A stretch of DNA of 64,000 bases from an uncultured bacterium (GTDB taxonomy: Bacteria > Krumholzibacteriota > Krumholzibacteriia > LZORAL124-64-63). The stretch's first letter is position 1; every line of letters begins with the position of its first letter. Location: the NCBI GenBank assembly GCA_963732385.1, contig CAVSZB010000008.1, forward strand, positions 224,001 through 288,000. The letters run 5' to 3'. The notes under the pieces were generated by a model. It ran no database searches. It was not told the origin of the DNA and was given only the letters and a program-made list of their open reading frames with translations. Positions 37,862 through 47,024 of the stretch are shown piece by piece. The position numbers were made by a program, and so were the translations under genes.

Positions 37862-39328
37862 ATGAACCGCCGCCTTGTCCGGTGGAGGCCGGTCGCTCCG
37901 CGGGCCCGGGTCGTTCTGGCGACCCTGGCCGGGCTGCTGGCCGTCGTCGGCTGCGCCACCTATTCCGTGCAAAACCGCTCGCTGCGCACCGATCTGGTGT
38001 CCGGCAACTTCGCCAGGGCGCTGGAAACGGTCGAGCAGAACCGCGGTGGCCGCAGTCTGCTGCTGTACTGGCTCGAGCGGGGCCTGCTCCTGCACTACGC
38101 CGACCGCTGGCAGGAGAGCAACGACGCCTTCGGGCAGGCCGAGGAGCTCGCGGCCGATCTCTACACGAAGAGTGTCTCTCAGCGAGCGCTGTCGCTGCTC
38201 ACGAGCGACGCGGTCGTGGACTACCGCGCCGAGCCGTTCGAGCTGGCGATGGTGCCGTACTACCGCGCGCTCAACTATGCCTTCCTCGGCGACCGGGAGG
38301 GGGCGCTGGTCGAGGCGCGCAAGGCCGGCCTGCTGCTGCGCCAGTACACCGAACAGGACCTCGGTCGCCTCGGCGAGCTGGACCCCGACCGCGATACGTC
38401 GTCTGACGACCTGCTCGGCAACGACGCCTTCCTTCATTATCTAAGCGCCCTGCTCTACGAGTGGGACGGTGACGCCAACGACGCTTTCATCGCCTACCGC
38501 AATGCCGCCGACGCCTGGCACGCCGAAGCGGGGCGGCTGCGGACGCAGGCCCCCCCGTGGCTCGGCGCCGACCTGTCACGCACGGCGGGACGGCTCGGTT
38601 TCACAGCCGAACTGGCCCAGACGCGCGAGACGTTTCCTGAACTGTTCCCGGCCGCGGATTCCTCGGCCGCCGCGACCGCGCCGGAGTTCGCCGGCGGCGA
38701 AGTCGTGGTGCTGCTCGAGTTCGGCTTCGCGCCGGCGAAAGTGCAGCGGGAGATGAATCTGCCCGTGCTCAAGACCGATCGCCGCGACGACCGGGTGCGT
38801 TGGGCGCGCGATCTGCGGGGGCGCTGGCGGCCGGATTACCGCTACGACGAGGTCCAGCTCGACTACTGGCTGCGCGTGACGGTGCCGGAGCTGGTCAGCA
38901 GTCCGCCCGCGGTGACGGGGGCGCGCGTGTCGGCCGGAATCGCCGGCGGCCACGCGGTCGCCGTGACCGTGGATGATCTCGAGGGGCGCGCGTTCGCCGC
39001 CTTCCACGCGCGGGAGGGTTCGATGTGGCTGCGCACGATCGTGCGCGCACTCGCCAAGTACGGCACCAAGGAGCAGGCCGACAAGGCCGGCAAGGTGGCC
39101 GGTCTGCTCGCCAATTTGCTGGGCGCGGCCACCGAACAGGCCGACACCCGTGGCTGGCTCACGCTTCCCAACCGGATCGCCATGACCCGCCTGCGGCTGC
39201 CGCCGGGGCGCTACGACCTGCGCGTGGATCTGCTGGACGCGTCGGGGACCACGCTGCGCACCGACACCATCCCACGGGTGATCGTCAGGACCGATGATCT
39301 TGCCATCGTCAGCCGCCGGGTCTTCTGA
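37862..39328 (+). CDS. COG3014-like TPR lipoprotein
   Basis: Lipobox VVGC; LLYWLERG, ALVEAR, EQADTRGWLTLP; typical neighbour of LpoB-like genes. Confidence 0.8.
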   Translation: MNRRLVRWRPVAPRARVVLATLAGLLAVVGCATYSVQNRSLRTDLVSGNFARALETVEQNRGGRSLLLYWLERGLLLHYADRWQESNDAFGQAEELAADLYTKSVSQRALSLLTSDAVVDYRAEPFELAMVPYYRALNYAFLGDREGALVEARKAGLLLRQYTEQDLGRLGELDPDRDTSSDDLLGNDAFLHYLSALLYEWDGDANDAFIAYRNAADAWHAEAGRLRTQAPPWLGADLSRTAGRLGFTAELAQTRETFPELFPAADSSAAATAPEFAGGEVVVLLEFGFAPAKVQREMNLPVLKTDRRDDRVRWARDLRGRWRPDYRYDEVQLDYWLRVTVPELVSSPPAVTGARVSAGIAGGHAVAVTVDDLEGRAFAAFHAREGSMWLRTIVRALAKYGTKEQADKAGKVAGLLANLLGAATEQADTRGWLTLPNRIAMTRLRLPPGRYDLRVDLLDASGTTLRTDTIPRVIVRTDDLAIVSRRVF

Positions 39329-41372
39329 CCCCGGCCCCCGCCGGCGCTACGCGCTGATCGCGCTGCTGGCGGTGGCGGCGGCCGTGCGGCTGGCCTGCTG
39401 GTTAGCCCTGCGCGACGAACCGATCTTCCGGGTGCCGCAGCTCGACGCCGCGACCTACGACGAATGGGCCCGCGCCCTGGCGCACGGCGACTTCGGCGCT
39501 GGCCGGCCTTACTGGATGGCGCCTCTCTACCCGCACCTGCTGGCGCTCGTCTACCTGGTGTGCGGGACCGGGATCACGGCGCCGCAGCTGCTTCAGCTCG
39601 TCCTCAACCTGCTGACGGTCTGGCTGGTCTGGCGCCTGGCGCGGCGCGCCGCGGACGAGCCGACGGCGCTCCTGGCGGCTGCGCTCTTCGCGTTGTACGG
39701 GCCGCCTGTCCTCTACGCCAACCTGCTCCTGCTCGAGACGGTCCTGACGGCGCTGCTGGCGGTTGCAGCGCTGCTCGCCGTGCGCGCGGCCGAGGCGCCG
39801 ACGGCGCGGCGGCTGGCGGGCCTCGGCGCCATGATTGCCGCCACGGCGCTCGCCCGTGGCAACGCCCTGCTGCTGCTGTTGTCCGTGCCGCTGCTGGCGC
39901 TGCCGCCGCTGCCGGGTCCGCGCGGCCGGTGGCGCGGGGCGGCCGCGCTCTGGATGGGCGCCGCGCTCGTGATCGCGCCGGTCACGCTGCGCAACTGCGT
40001 CGTTGGCGGGGACTTCGTCCTGCTGACCTCGAACGGCGGGCTCAACCTGTTCATCGGCCAGCAGCCGGCGTACCACGGCCTGTTCGGGCCGACCGATCCG
40101 GAGGAGGGGCTGACGGTGTCGTCCCTCAGCGATCCCACCGGAGAGCACCAACTGGAGCGTCAGACGGGGCGGGAGCTGCGGCCATCGGAGGTGTCGCGCC
40201 GGTTCACGCGGCGCGCGTTCGATCTCGTGCGGGGCGACCCGGCCGGCGCGGCCGTCCGCGCCCTGCTCAAGGGCTATCGTTTCTGGAACGGGTACGAGCA
40301 GCCGCAGCTCGCGGCGTGGGACTTCTGGCGCGGGCGCGCGCCGGTGCTGCGCCTGCTGCCGGTGCCGTTTCTGCTGCTGGCGGCGTGCGGCCTGCCCGGC
40401 CTGGCGCTGCTGCGACCGCCGGCGCGCCGCGTCGTGACCGTGTTCGTGCTGACGTGGTGGGCGAGTCTGTTGCCGTTCTTCGCCACCGACCGCTACCGAT
40501 TCGCGGCGACGCCGCTGCTGGCGGTGTCGGCGGCGGCCTGTCTCGCCGCGCTCGTTCGCGGCGCGCGGGCCGGGCGCGGGGGGCCGGCGGCGCGGCGACG
40601 CGCCGTGACGCTCGGCGGGCTCGTGTTCGTGCTGGCGGTGGCGCTGTGGCCGCGCTGGGTGGCGCTGCCGGCCGACCAGGTGGCGTGGCAGAGCCTGGCG
40701 CACGAGGCAAAGGCGCGGTTCGGGCTTGGCGACCGCGAAGGAGCGGCCCGGGCGCTGGCCGCAGCCGATCGCGCGCTGCCGCGTTTCGCCGGCACCTGGT
40801 TCCAGCTCGGCGTGTTGTCAGCGCAGGGCGGCGACCAGGTCGCGGCGCTGACGGCCTTCGAGCGCGCCGAGGCGCTCGACCCCGGCGATCGCCTCAGCCC
40901 GTACTGGACGGGACGCACCCTGCGCAGGCTCGCGCGGTTCGATGCGGCGCAGGCGGCGCTGGCGCGCGCCGCGCGGCTCGATTCGACCTGGGCGAAGCCG
41001 CGCTTCGAAATGGCGATGACCTGCCTCGACCGCGGCGACACGAACGGCGCGCTGCGCGACCTGGAGCGGGCCGCCGCGCTCGATCCGGGCGCGCCGCAGT
41101 ACCTCAACAACCTCGCCTCCCTGCTGGCGCAGACGGGGCGGGTGGACGCGGCGCGGGCGCGGCTCGCGGACCTGATCGCGCGCTACCCGACCTATGGCCG
41201 CGCCCGGATCAACCTGGCGGTGCTGCTGGCGCGCACCGGCGACGCCGCGGCGGCACGCACGGTGGTGGCGGCGGCGCGGCGTATCCCGACGCTCGAGCCC
41301 GCCGAGCGCGAGGCCCTGGCCCGCCTGGCCGCCGAGTTGGGGACAACGGCAGGCGGAGCGCCGTCGCGGTGA
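39294..41372 (+). CDS. GT-C fold (ArnT/PMT-like) membrane glycosyltransferase with C-terminal TPR repeats
   Basis: DAATYDEWA loop, PLYP, multiple TMs, GGLNLFIG, DRYR, followed by TPRs (ALDP, NNLA, RINLA). Start uncertain. Confidence 0.8.
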   Translation: MILPSSAAGSSDPGPRRRYALIALLAVAAAVRLACWLALRDEPIFRVPQLDAATYDEWARALAHGDFGAGRPYWMAPLYPHLLALVYLVCGTGITAPQLLQLVLNLLTVWLVWRLARRAADEPTALLAAALFALYGPPVLYANLLLLETVLTALLAVAALLAVRAAEAPTARRLAGLGAMIAATALARGNALLLLLSVPLLALPPLPGPRGRWRGAAALWMGAALVIAPVTLRNCVVGGDFVLLTSNGGLNLFIGQQPAYHGLFGPTDPEEGLTVSSLSDPTGEHQLERQTGRELRPSEVSRRFTRRAFDLVRGDPAGAAVRALLKGYRFWNGYEQPQLAAWDFWRGRAPVLRLLPVPFLLLAACGLPGLALLRPPARRVVTVFVLTWWASLLPFFATDRYRFAATPLLAVSAAACLAALVRGARAGRGGPAARRRAVTLGGLVFVLAVALWPRWVALPADQVAWQSLAHEAKARFGLGDREGAARALAAADRALPRFAGTWFQLGVLSAQGGDQVAALTAFERAEALDPGDRLSPYWTGRTLRRLARFDAAQAALARAARLDSTWAKPRFEMAMTCLDRGDTNGALRDLERAAALDPGAPQYLNNLASLLAQTGRVDAARARLADLIARYPTYGRARINLAVLLARTGDAAAARTVVAAARRIPTLEPAEREALARLAAELGTTAGGAPSR

Positions 41373-41389
41373 GCGGGTCCGCGGGCCCT

Positions 41390-42742
41390 TCAGGGCAGGC
41401 GCAGGCGGTCGGCGGCGAGCGTGTCGCCAGGCGCGGCGCGCAGGGCGCGCCGCGCGTCGAAGAGGGCAGCGGCGAGCGCACGGCGGTGCGGTGGCGCGGG
41501 GACGAGGGCGGTCCGCCAGCCCGCCAACTCCTCCGGAGCCGGCTCGCGTTCCAGGATCTCCCGGTACAGCGCGCGCAGGAAGTCGCTGTCGGTGCCGCCG
41601 GCATTCCGGCGGAAGGCGGGCGATCCGAGCGCCACGATGCGGCCGCGCCACGGCTCGTCCGGCAGCACGAATCGCGTCGTGGGCGGCAGCGCCCGGCCTG
41701 GCGCGCGCGTCCGCAATTCTTCGCTGGTGAGGAACTGCCAGGCGATCCGCTCGCGCAGGCGCGTCGCGACCGCGTGCGACCAGGCGTCGGCCTCGGTATC
41801 TCCGGCGGGGCGGCCGACCGTGGCCGGGAAGAAGACGCGCACCAGCCCGGGCACATCGGTGGTGTCTGCGACGGCGTCGGCGGCGCCGAGCGCCGTGGTC
41901 AACCGGTGACGCACCGCGCGCGGGCCGGTGCGGGCGTGCTCGAAGCCGAGGGGCGGTCCGAACTGCACGAGGGCCGTCGCGGTGATCCCCATGGCGAGCG
42001 CGACGCCCGGCAGCGACGGCCCGCGGGCCCACACCCGCGCCCAGGCGAGCATCGCGACCAGGCAGGCCAGCATGAGCGGGCCGTTGGGCCAGTGGGCGAG
42101 CGCGAACAGCAGCGCGATCGCCACGGGCAGGGCGCGTTCGCCGCCGCCGGCGCGACGCAGGAGCGGCCAGGGCAGCACCAGCAGGACGAGCAGTTGCAGC
42201 AGCGACCAGACCGGGTAACCGACGAGCGAGAGAGCGACCGCGCCCGCTGCGGGCCGCCTCCCGCAGGCCAGGCCCCCCGCGATCGTGGCCGCCACCAGCA
42301 GCGTCGTCGGCGCGGCGAGGGCGCGCAGGGCCGGCAGGAAGCGGGCGCGCGAGCAGCCGAGCGGGTCGCCGTGGGCGCGCGCGCGGACGATCAGGAGCAC
42401 GATCAGGCCGACAAGGGCGGCGAAGACCGCCGTGTCCGCGCGCGACGGGCGGTCCGCCCCGGACCAGCCCCACATGCCGGCGAACAGGAGAGGCCACGCC
42501 AGCAGCGCGATGGTGGCGCGGTCCCGGAGCGGACGCTGCTCCCGAGGGCAGCGGTGGCGGGCGCGCGCGAACAGGGCTCCGGCCGTCAGCGCGAGCAGCG
42601 CGGGCGTCGCGGCCCAGAAGCACGCGGGCAGCGCGAACGGCTCCGTGAAAGGCAGCGCGTACGCGCGTGCGCCGGGTGGCAGGTTCAACGCAGTCACGCC
42701 GAGAATCACGGCGAGGTTCAGGAGCAGAAAGGCGGTCAGCAC
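41390..42742 (-). CDS. Hypothetical membrane protein: degenerate CPBP/Abi-like TM region plus DUF4214-like C-terminal repeats
   Basis: About 8 hydrophobic segments, YPVWSLLQ, LFALAHWPN; C-terminal FFPATVGRPAGDTEADAW and FLRALYREILEREPAPEELAGW. Confidence 0.6.
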   Translation of the reverse strand: MLTAFLLLNLAVILGVTALNLPPGARAYALPFTEPFALPACFWAATPALLALTAGALFARARHRCPREQRPLRDRATIALLAWPLLFAGMWGWSGADRPSRADTAVFAALVGLIVLLIVRARAHGDPLGCSRARFLPALRALAAPTTLLVAATIAGGLACGRRPAAGAVALSLVGYPVWSLLQLLVLLVLPWPLLRRAGGGERALPVAIALLFALAHWPNGPLMLACLVAMLAWARVWARGPSLPGVALAMGITATALVQFGPPLGFEHARTGPRAVRHRLTTALGAADAVADTTDVPGLVRVFFPATVGRPAGDTEADAWSHAVATRLRERIAWQFLTSEELRTRAPGRALPPTTRFVLPDEPWRGRIVALGSPAFRRNAGGTDSDFLRALYREILEREPAPEELAGWRTALVPAPPHRRALAAALFDARRALRAAPGDTLAADRLRLP

Positions 42743-42849
42743 GCGAAGAACTCCCGGCTCGGTTCAGGGGTTCCACTTGAAGTCTCGTGTGCAGCCGGCG
42801 GCACACGAGAGGTCAAGCGTGCTGGAAGCGCGCGCGTTGTCTGTCGCGG

Positions 42850-44316
42850 TCAGCCGAAACGGCGCGCCAGCCACTCGCCGCGCCCCGCCTCGACCGAGCG
42901 CACGCCGGGCTTGACCACCGCCACGCCGCGGCGCCAGACCTGACGCACGTCGCCGCACCACTCGGCGCCGGTCCAGAGGCGCGCCAGCGGATCGCCGGGG
43001 CCGATCGGCAGGCGGGTGCCGGTGGCCGCGGGGTCGAACAGGACGATGTCGGCGTCGTGGCCGGGGGCGAGGCGTCCCTTGCGCCCCGCGAGACCGTTGA
43101 GCAGCGCCGGCTGTTCGCAGCAGACCGCCACCCAGCGGGCCGGCGTCAGGCCGCCCTTCTTCACGCCCAGGGTGTAGGTGACGATGAGCCGCTCCGCGAC
43201 ACCGCCGGTGCCGTTGGGCACCATCGGGAAGCCGTGCAGCCCCTCCTGCCGCTTGAGCGCCAGCGGAAATTCGCAATGGTCCGAGGAGATGAGATCGATG
43301 TCGCCGCTCGCCAGTCCCGCCTGCAGCGCCGCGCCGTCGGAGGGCGAGCGCAGCGGCGGGGAGAGGATCGCGCGCAGGGCGTCGTCGCGTCCGCCGCGGT
43401 AGAGCGAGGCGGATCGGAACAGGTGGTGGCTGCACGCCTCCGCGGCGAGCGCCCGCTCCGGGCGCGCCGGATCGAGCCGCGCGCGCGCGACCCGCTCCAC
43501 GGCATCCGCCACGGAGAGATGGACGAGCGTGAGCGGACAGCGGGTGCGCGCGGCGATCGCCAGCGCGAGGTCGACCGCCCGGCTCTCGGTGACCGGAGGA
43601 TGCGTGGCCGGGAACCACTCGGGTCCGGTGCGCCCGGTCTGGATGTGCTGCGCCTCGGCCTGGGCGATCGCCTCGCCGTCCTCGGCGTGGACGAGCAGAC
43701 GTCCGCCGGCATCGCGCACCGCCACCGCCACCTGTTCGAGTTCGGCGGGGGTCAGCATGAGGCGGCCCTTGTAGGCCAGGAACGCCTTGAACGTGGGGAA
43801 GCCGCGCGCGACCAGGCCGGGGAGCTCGGCGAGCCGCTCCGGTTTCGCGTCGGGGAGCGTCACGTGCAGGCCGTAGTCGCAGAGGCACTCCCCCTCGGCG
43901 GCGCGCAGCCAGCGGTCCACCGTGGCGTCGAGGGTCTCGCCCCGGTCGGGGTTGGCGAAGTCGATGATCGTGGTCGTCCCGCCGAGCAGCGCCCCGGTCG
44001 AGCTCTCGCGCCAGCCGAGGCTGCGCACGCCGGGCCGCACCGGCATTCCGAAGTGGACGTGCGCGTCGACGCCGCCGGGCAGCAACCACAGGCCGGTGGC
44101 ATCGACGGTTTCGGCGTCGCGGAAATCGGCCAGGTCGGGCGGGGGGGTGACGGCCGGACCGCCCGCAGTGTTCGCCCCCTTCGGCCGTGGCGCGGCCAGC
44201 GTCTCGCGTCCGAGCACGGCCGTGATCGTCGCGCCGTGCACGAGCAAGTCGGCGGGCTGCGGACCGGCGGCCGTCATCACGGTGCCGTTGCGGATCCAGA
44301 GGCGGGTGGTCGTCAT
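42850..44316 (-). CDS. Dihydropyrimidinase/D-hydantoinase (HydA/HyuA-like)
   Basis: PGGVDAHVHF, GGTTTIIDF, FKAFLAYK (carboxylated Lys), VHAED, VHLS, SPPLR, SSDHC, PNGTGGV, KGRLAPGHDADIVLFDP. Confidence 0.88.
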   Translation of the reverse strand: MTTTRLWIRNGTVMTAAGPQPADLLVHGATITAVLGRETLAAPRPKGANTAGGPAVTPPPDLADFRDAETVDATGLWLLPGGVDAHVHFGMPVRPGVRSLGWRESSTGALLGGTTTIIDFANPDRGETLDATVDRWLRAAEGECLCDYGLHVTLPDAKPERLAELPGLVARGFPTFKAFLAYKGRLMLTPAELEQVAVAVRDAGGRLLVHAEDGEAIAQAEAQHIQTGRTGPEWFPATHPPVTESRAVDLALAIAARTRCPLTLVHLSVADAVERVARARLDPARPERALAAEACSHHLFRSASLYRGGRDDALRAILSPPLRSPSDGAALQAGLASGDIDLISSDHCEFPLALKRQEGLHGFPMVPNGTGGVAERLIVTYTLGVKKGGLTPARWVAVCCEQPALLNGLAGRKGRLAPGHDADIVLFDPAATGTRLPIGPGDPLARLWTGAEWCGDVRQVWRRGVAVVKPGVRSVEAGRGEWLARRFG

Positions 44317-44519
44317 GCGGTCAGCCTAACCCGGGCGGCGCGGCGTGACAAGCGCTCGCCCGGCGGTCGTCCCGCCAGCCGCGCGATTTTCCTCCGACCG
44401 TCGGCCTACTGGACCGGCCCGCCGGACGCCTATATACTGCCGCCTTGCCTGGAGGGGGTCCGTCCTCCGGATCTGTTCGGCTGTGCGGCTCCGACGGGGG
44501 GCTGCGGCGAGGAGCGTGC

Positions 44520-46127
44520 ATGAAGCGGATTCCGACGAAGGTGAACCCGCAGGACGACGGATTCCGCCGTCACGCGGCCGAAAACCGGCGCCGGGCGACG
44601 GAACTGGCCGAACTCCTGGCGCGCGTGCGGGAGGGGGGCCCCGAGAAGTCGCGCGAGCGGCACCGCGAATTGGGCAAGCTGCTGCCGCGCGACCGGATCG
44701 AGGCGCTGCTCGACCCCGGCACGCCGTTCCTGGAGCTATCGCCGCTGGCCGCGCACGCCGTGTACGACGAGGCCGTGCCAGCGGCCGGGCTGATCACCGG
44801 GATCGGCAGCGTGCACGGCCGCCCCGTGATGGTCGTGGCCAATGACGCCACGGTGAAGGGGGGCACCTACTATCCGCTCACCGTGAAGAAGCATCTGCGG
44901 GCGCAGGAGATCGCGTTCGAGAACCGGCTGCCGTGCGTGTATCTCGTCGATTCCGGCGGCGCCTACCTGCCGTTGCAGGCGGAGGTGTTCCCCGATCGCG
45001 ACCACTTCGGGCGGATCTTCTACAACCAGGCGCGCATGTCGGCGGCCGGGATCGCCCAGATCGCCGCCGTGCTCGGCTCCTGCACCGCGGGCGGCGCGTA
45101 CGTGCCGGCGATGAGCGACGAAGTCGTGATGGTGAAGGAGCAGTCGACGATTTTCCTGGGCGGTCCGCCGCTCGTGAAGGCGGCCACCGGCGAGGAGGTC
45201 ACGGCCGAGGAGCTTGGCGGGGCGGATGTCCACACGCGCATCTCCGGCGTGGCGGACCACCTCGCCAACGATGACGCGCACGCGCTGCGCATCGTGCGCG
45301 ATGTCGTGGAGAACCTCGGGCCGGTGGAGATTGCCGCCGTCCCGACCTCGCCGCCCGAGGACCCGCACTACGACCCCGAGGAGCTCTACGGCCTCGTCCC
45401 GCCCGACCCGCGCCTGCAGTTCGATCTGCGCGAAGTGATCGCGCGGCTCGTCGACGGCAGTCGCATGCACGAGTTCAAGCCGCGTTATGGCGCCACGCTG
45501 GTGTGCGGTTTCGCACGGATCCACGGCTACGCGGTCGGCATTCTGGCGAACAACGGCATTCTGTTCAGCGAGTCGGCGCTCAAGGGGGCGCACTTCATCG
45601 AACTGTGCAACGCCCGGCGCATTCCGCTGCTGTTCCTGCAGAATATCACCGGCTTCATGGTGGGCAAGGCGTACGAGCATGGCGGCATCGCCAAGGACGG
45701 CGCCAAGCTGGTCAACGCGGTCAGCAACAGCACGGTGCCGAAGTTCACCGTGATCTGCGGCGGCAGCTATGGCGCCGGCAACTACGGCATGTGCGGGCGC
45801 GCCTTCCAGCCGCGACTGCTGTTCATGTGGCCGCAGGCCAAGATTTCGGTGATGGGCGGCGAGCAGGCCGCCAACGTGCTGCTCACGGTGAAGAAGGACC
45901 AGGTCGCGCGCGCCGACGGCGCGCTGACGCCCGCCGAGGAGCGCGCCATCCTCGACCCGATCCTGCGGAAGTACGAGGCCGAGGGACACGCCTACTACAG
46001 CAGCGCGCGCCTCTGGGACGACGGCGTGATCGACCTGTTGCAGACCCGCGACGCGCTCGGCCTGGGCCTCGCCATGTCGCTGCACGCGCCGATCCCGCCG
46101 GCGAAGTACGGCGTCTACCGGATGTAG
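44520..46127 (+). CDS. liuB: 3-methylcrotonyl-CoA carboxylase beta (carboxyltransferase) subunit
   Basis: [62 protein letters not shown]. Confidence 0.92.
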   Translation: MKRIPTKVNPQDDGFRRHAAENRRRATELAELLARVREGGPEKSRERHRELGKLLPRDRIEALLDPGTPFLELSPLAAHAVYDEAVPAAGLITGIGSVHGRPVMVVANDATVKGGTYYPLTVKKHLRAQEIAFENRLPCVYLVDSGGAYLPLQAEVFPDRDHFGRIFYNQARMSAAGIAQIAAVLGSCTAGGAYVPAMSDEVVMVKEQSTIFLGGPPLVKAATGEEVTAEELGGADVHTRISGVADHLANDDAHALRIVRDVVENLGPVEIAAVPTSPPEDPHYDPEELYGLVPPDPRLQFDLREVIARLVDGSRMHEFKPRYGATLVCGFARIHGYAVGILANNGILFSESALKGAHFIELCNARRIPLLFLQNITGFMVGKAYEHGGIAKDGAKLVNAVSNSTVPKFTVICGGSYGAGNYGMCGRAFQPRLLFMWPQAKISVMGGEQAANVLLTVKKDQVARADGALTPAEERAILDPILRKYEAEGHAYYSSARLWDDGVIDLLQTRDALGLGLAMSLHAPIPPAKYGVYRM

Positions 46128-46145
46128 CGGCGGTAAGGAGAAGAG

Positions 46146-47024
46146 ATGTCCGTTCGCACTGAGATGAAGGGTCCGGTCCTCGTCGTCACGCTCGACCGGT
46201 CGCGGAACCACAACGCGCTCGACGCGGCCACCGCGGGGGTTCTCAAGGAGTTGTTCGAACGGATTGCGTTCCTGCCGCCGGTGCCGCCCGATCCCCGCAC
46301 GGCGACGGGACCGTGCCGGCCGCGGGCGATCGTGCTGCGCTCGGAGGGGCCGACGTTCTGCGCCGGGGCCGACCTGAACGAGATGCAGGCGCTCGGCGCG
46401 GCTGATTTCGCGGAGAACCTCGAGGCGGCGCGCACGCTCGGCCTGATGTTCCGCGCGGTGCGATTGTGCCCGGTGCCGGTGGTGGCGCGGGTGCAGGGAG
46501 CGGCCTATGGCGGCGGCGTAGGGCTGCTGGCGGCCTGCGACGTGGTCGTGGCCGAAGCGGAGGCGCGGTTCGCGTTCACCGAGGCGAGGCTCGGCCTGGT
46601 GGCCGGGGTGATCGCGCCGCTGGTGCTGGCGCGGATCGGCGAGGCGGCGGCCCGGCACTACTTCCTGACCGGTGACCCCATCCACATGCCGACCGCTCTG
46701 CGTCTGGGGCTGGTTGATCGGGTGGTCGATGCCGCGGACCTGGACGAGGCGGTGGCGCGTGTCGTGCGCTCGCTGCTGGCGGGCGGGCCGACGGCGCACG
46801 CGCGCATCAAGCAGCTGCTCGAAGGGCTCGGCTCGCTCGGTTTCGAGGGGAGCCTCGATTTCACGGCACGGGCGCTGGCCGAGGCGCGCACCGGGCCGGA
46901 GGGGCAGGCGGCTCTGGCCGCTTTCCGGCGGCGGGAACCGGTCCCCTGGGCGGGCGATACCACCTGGCCTGAGCCGTCGGTTCCGGCGACCCCGATCACC
47001 CCGGCGCGGACGGAGGGCCCATGA
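46146..47024 (+). CDS. liuC: Enoyl-CoA hydratase family protein, probable methylglutaconyl-CoA hydratase
   Basis: FCAGADL, GAAYGGGVGL, FTEARLGL; located between the MCC subunits. Confidence 0.8.
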   Translation: MSVRTEMKGPVLVVTLDRSRNHNALDAATAGVLKELFERIAFLPPVPPDPRTATGPCRPRAIVLRSEGPTFCAGADLNEMQALGAADFAENLEAARTLGLMFRAVRLCPVPVVARVQGAAYGGGVGLLAACDVVVAEAEARFAFTEARLGLVAGVIAPLVLARIGEAAARHYFLTGDPIHMPTALRLGLVDRVVDAADLDEAVARVVRSLLAGGPTAHARIKQLLEGLGSLGFEGSLDFTARALAEARTGPEGQAALAAFRRREPVPWAGDTTWPEPSVPATPITPARTEGP

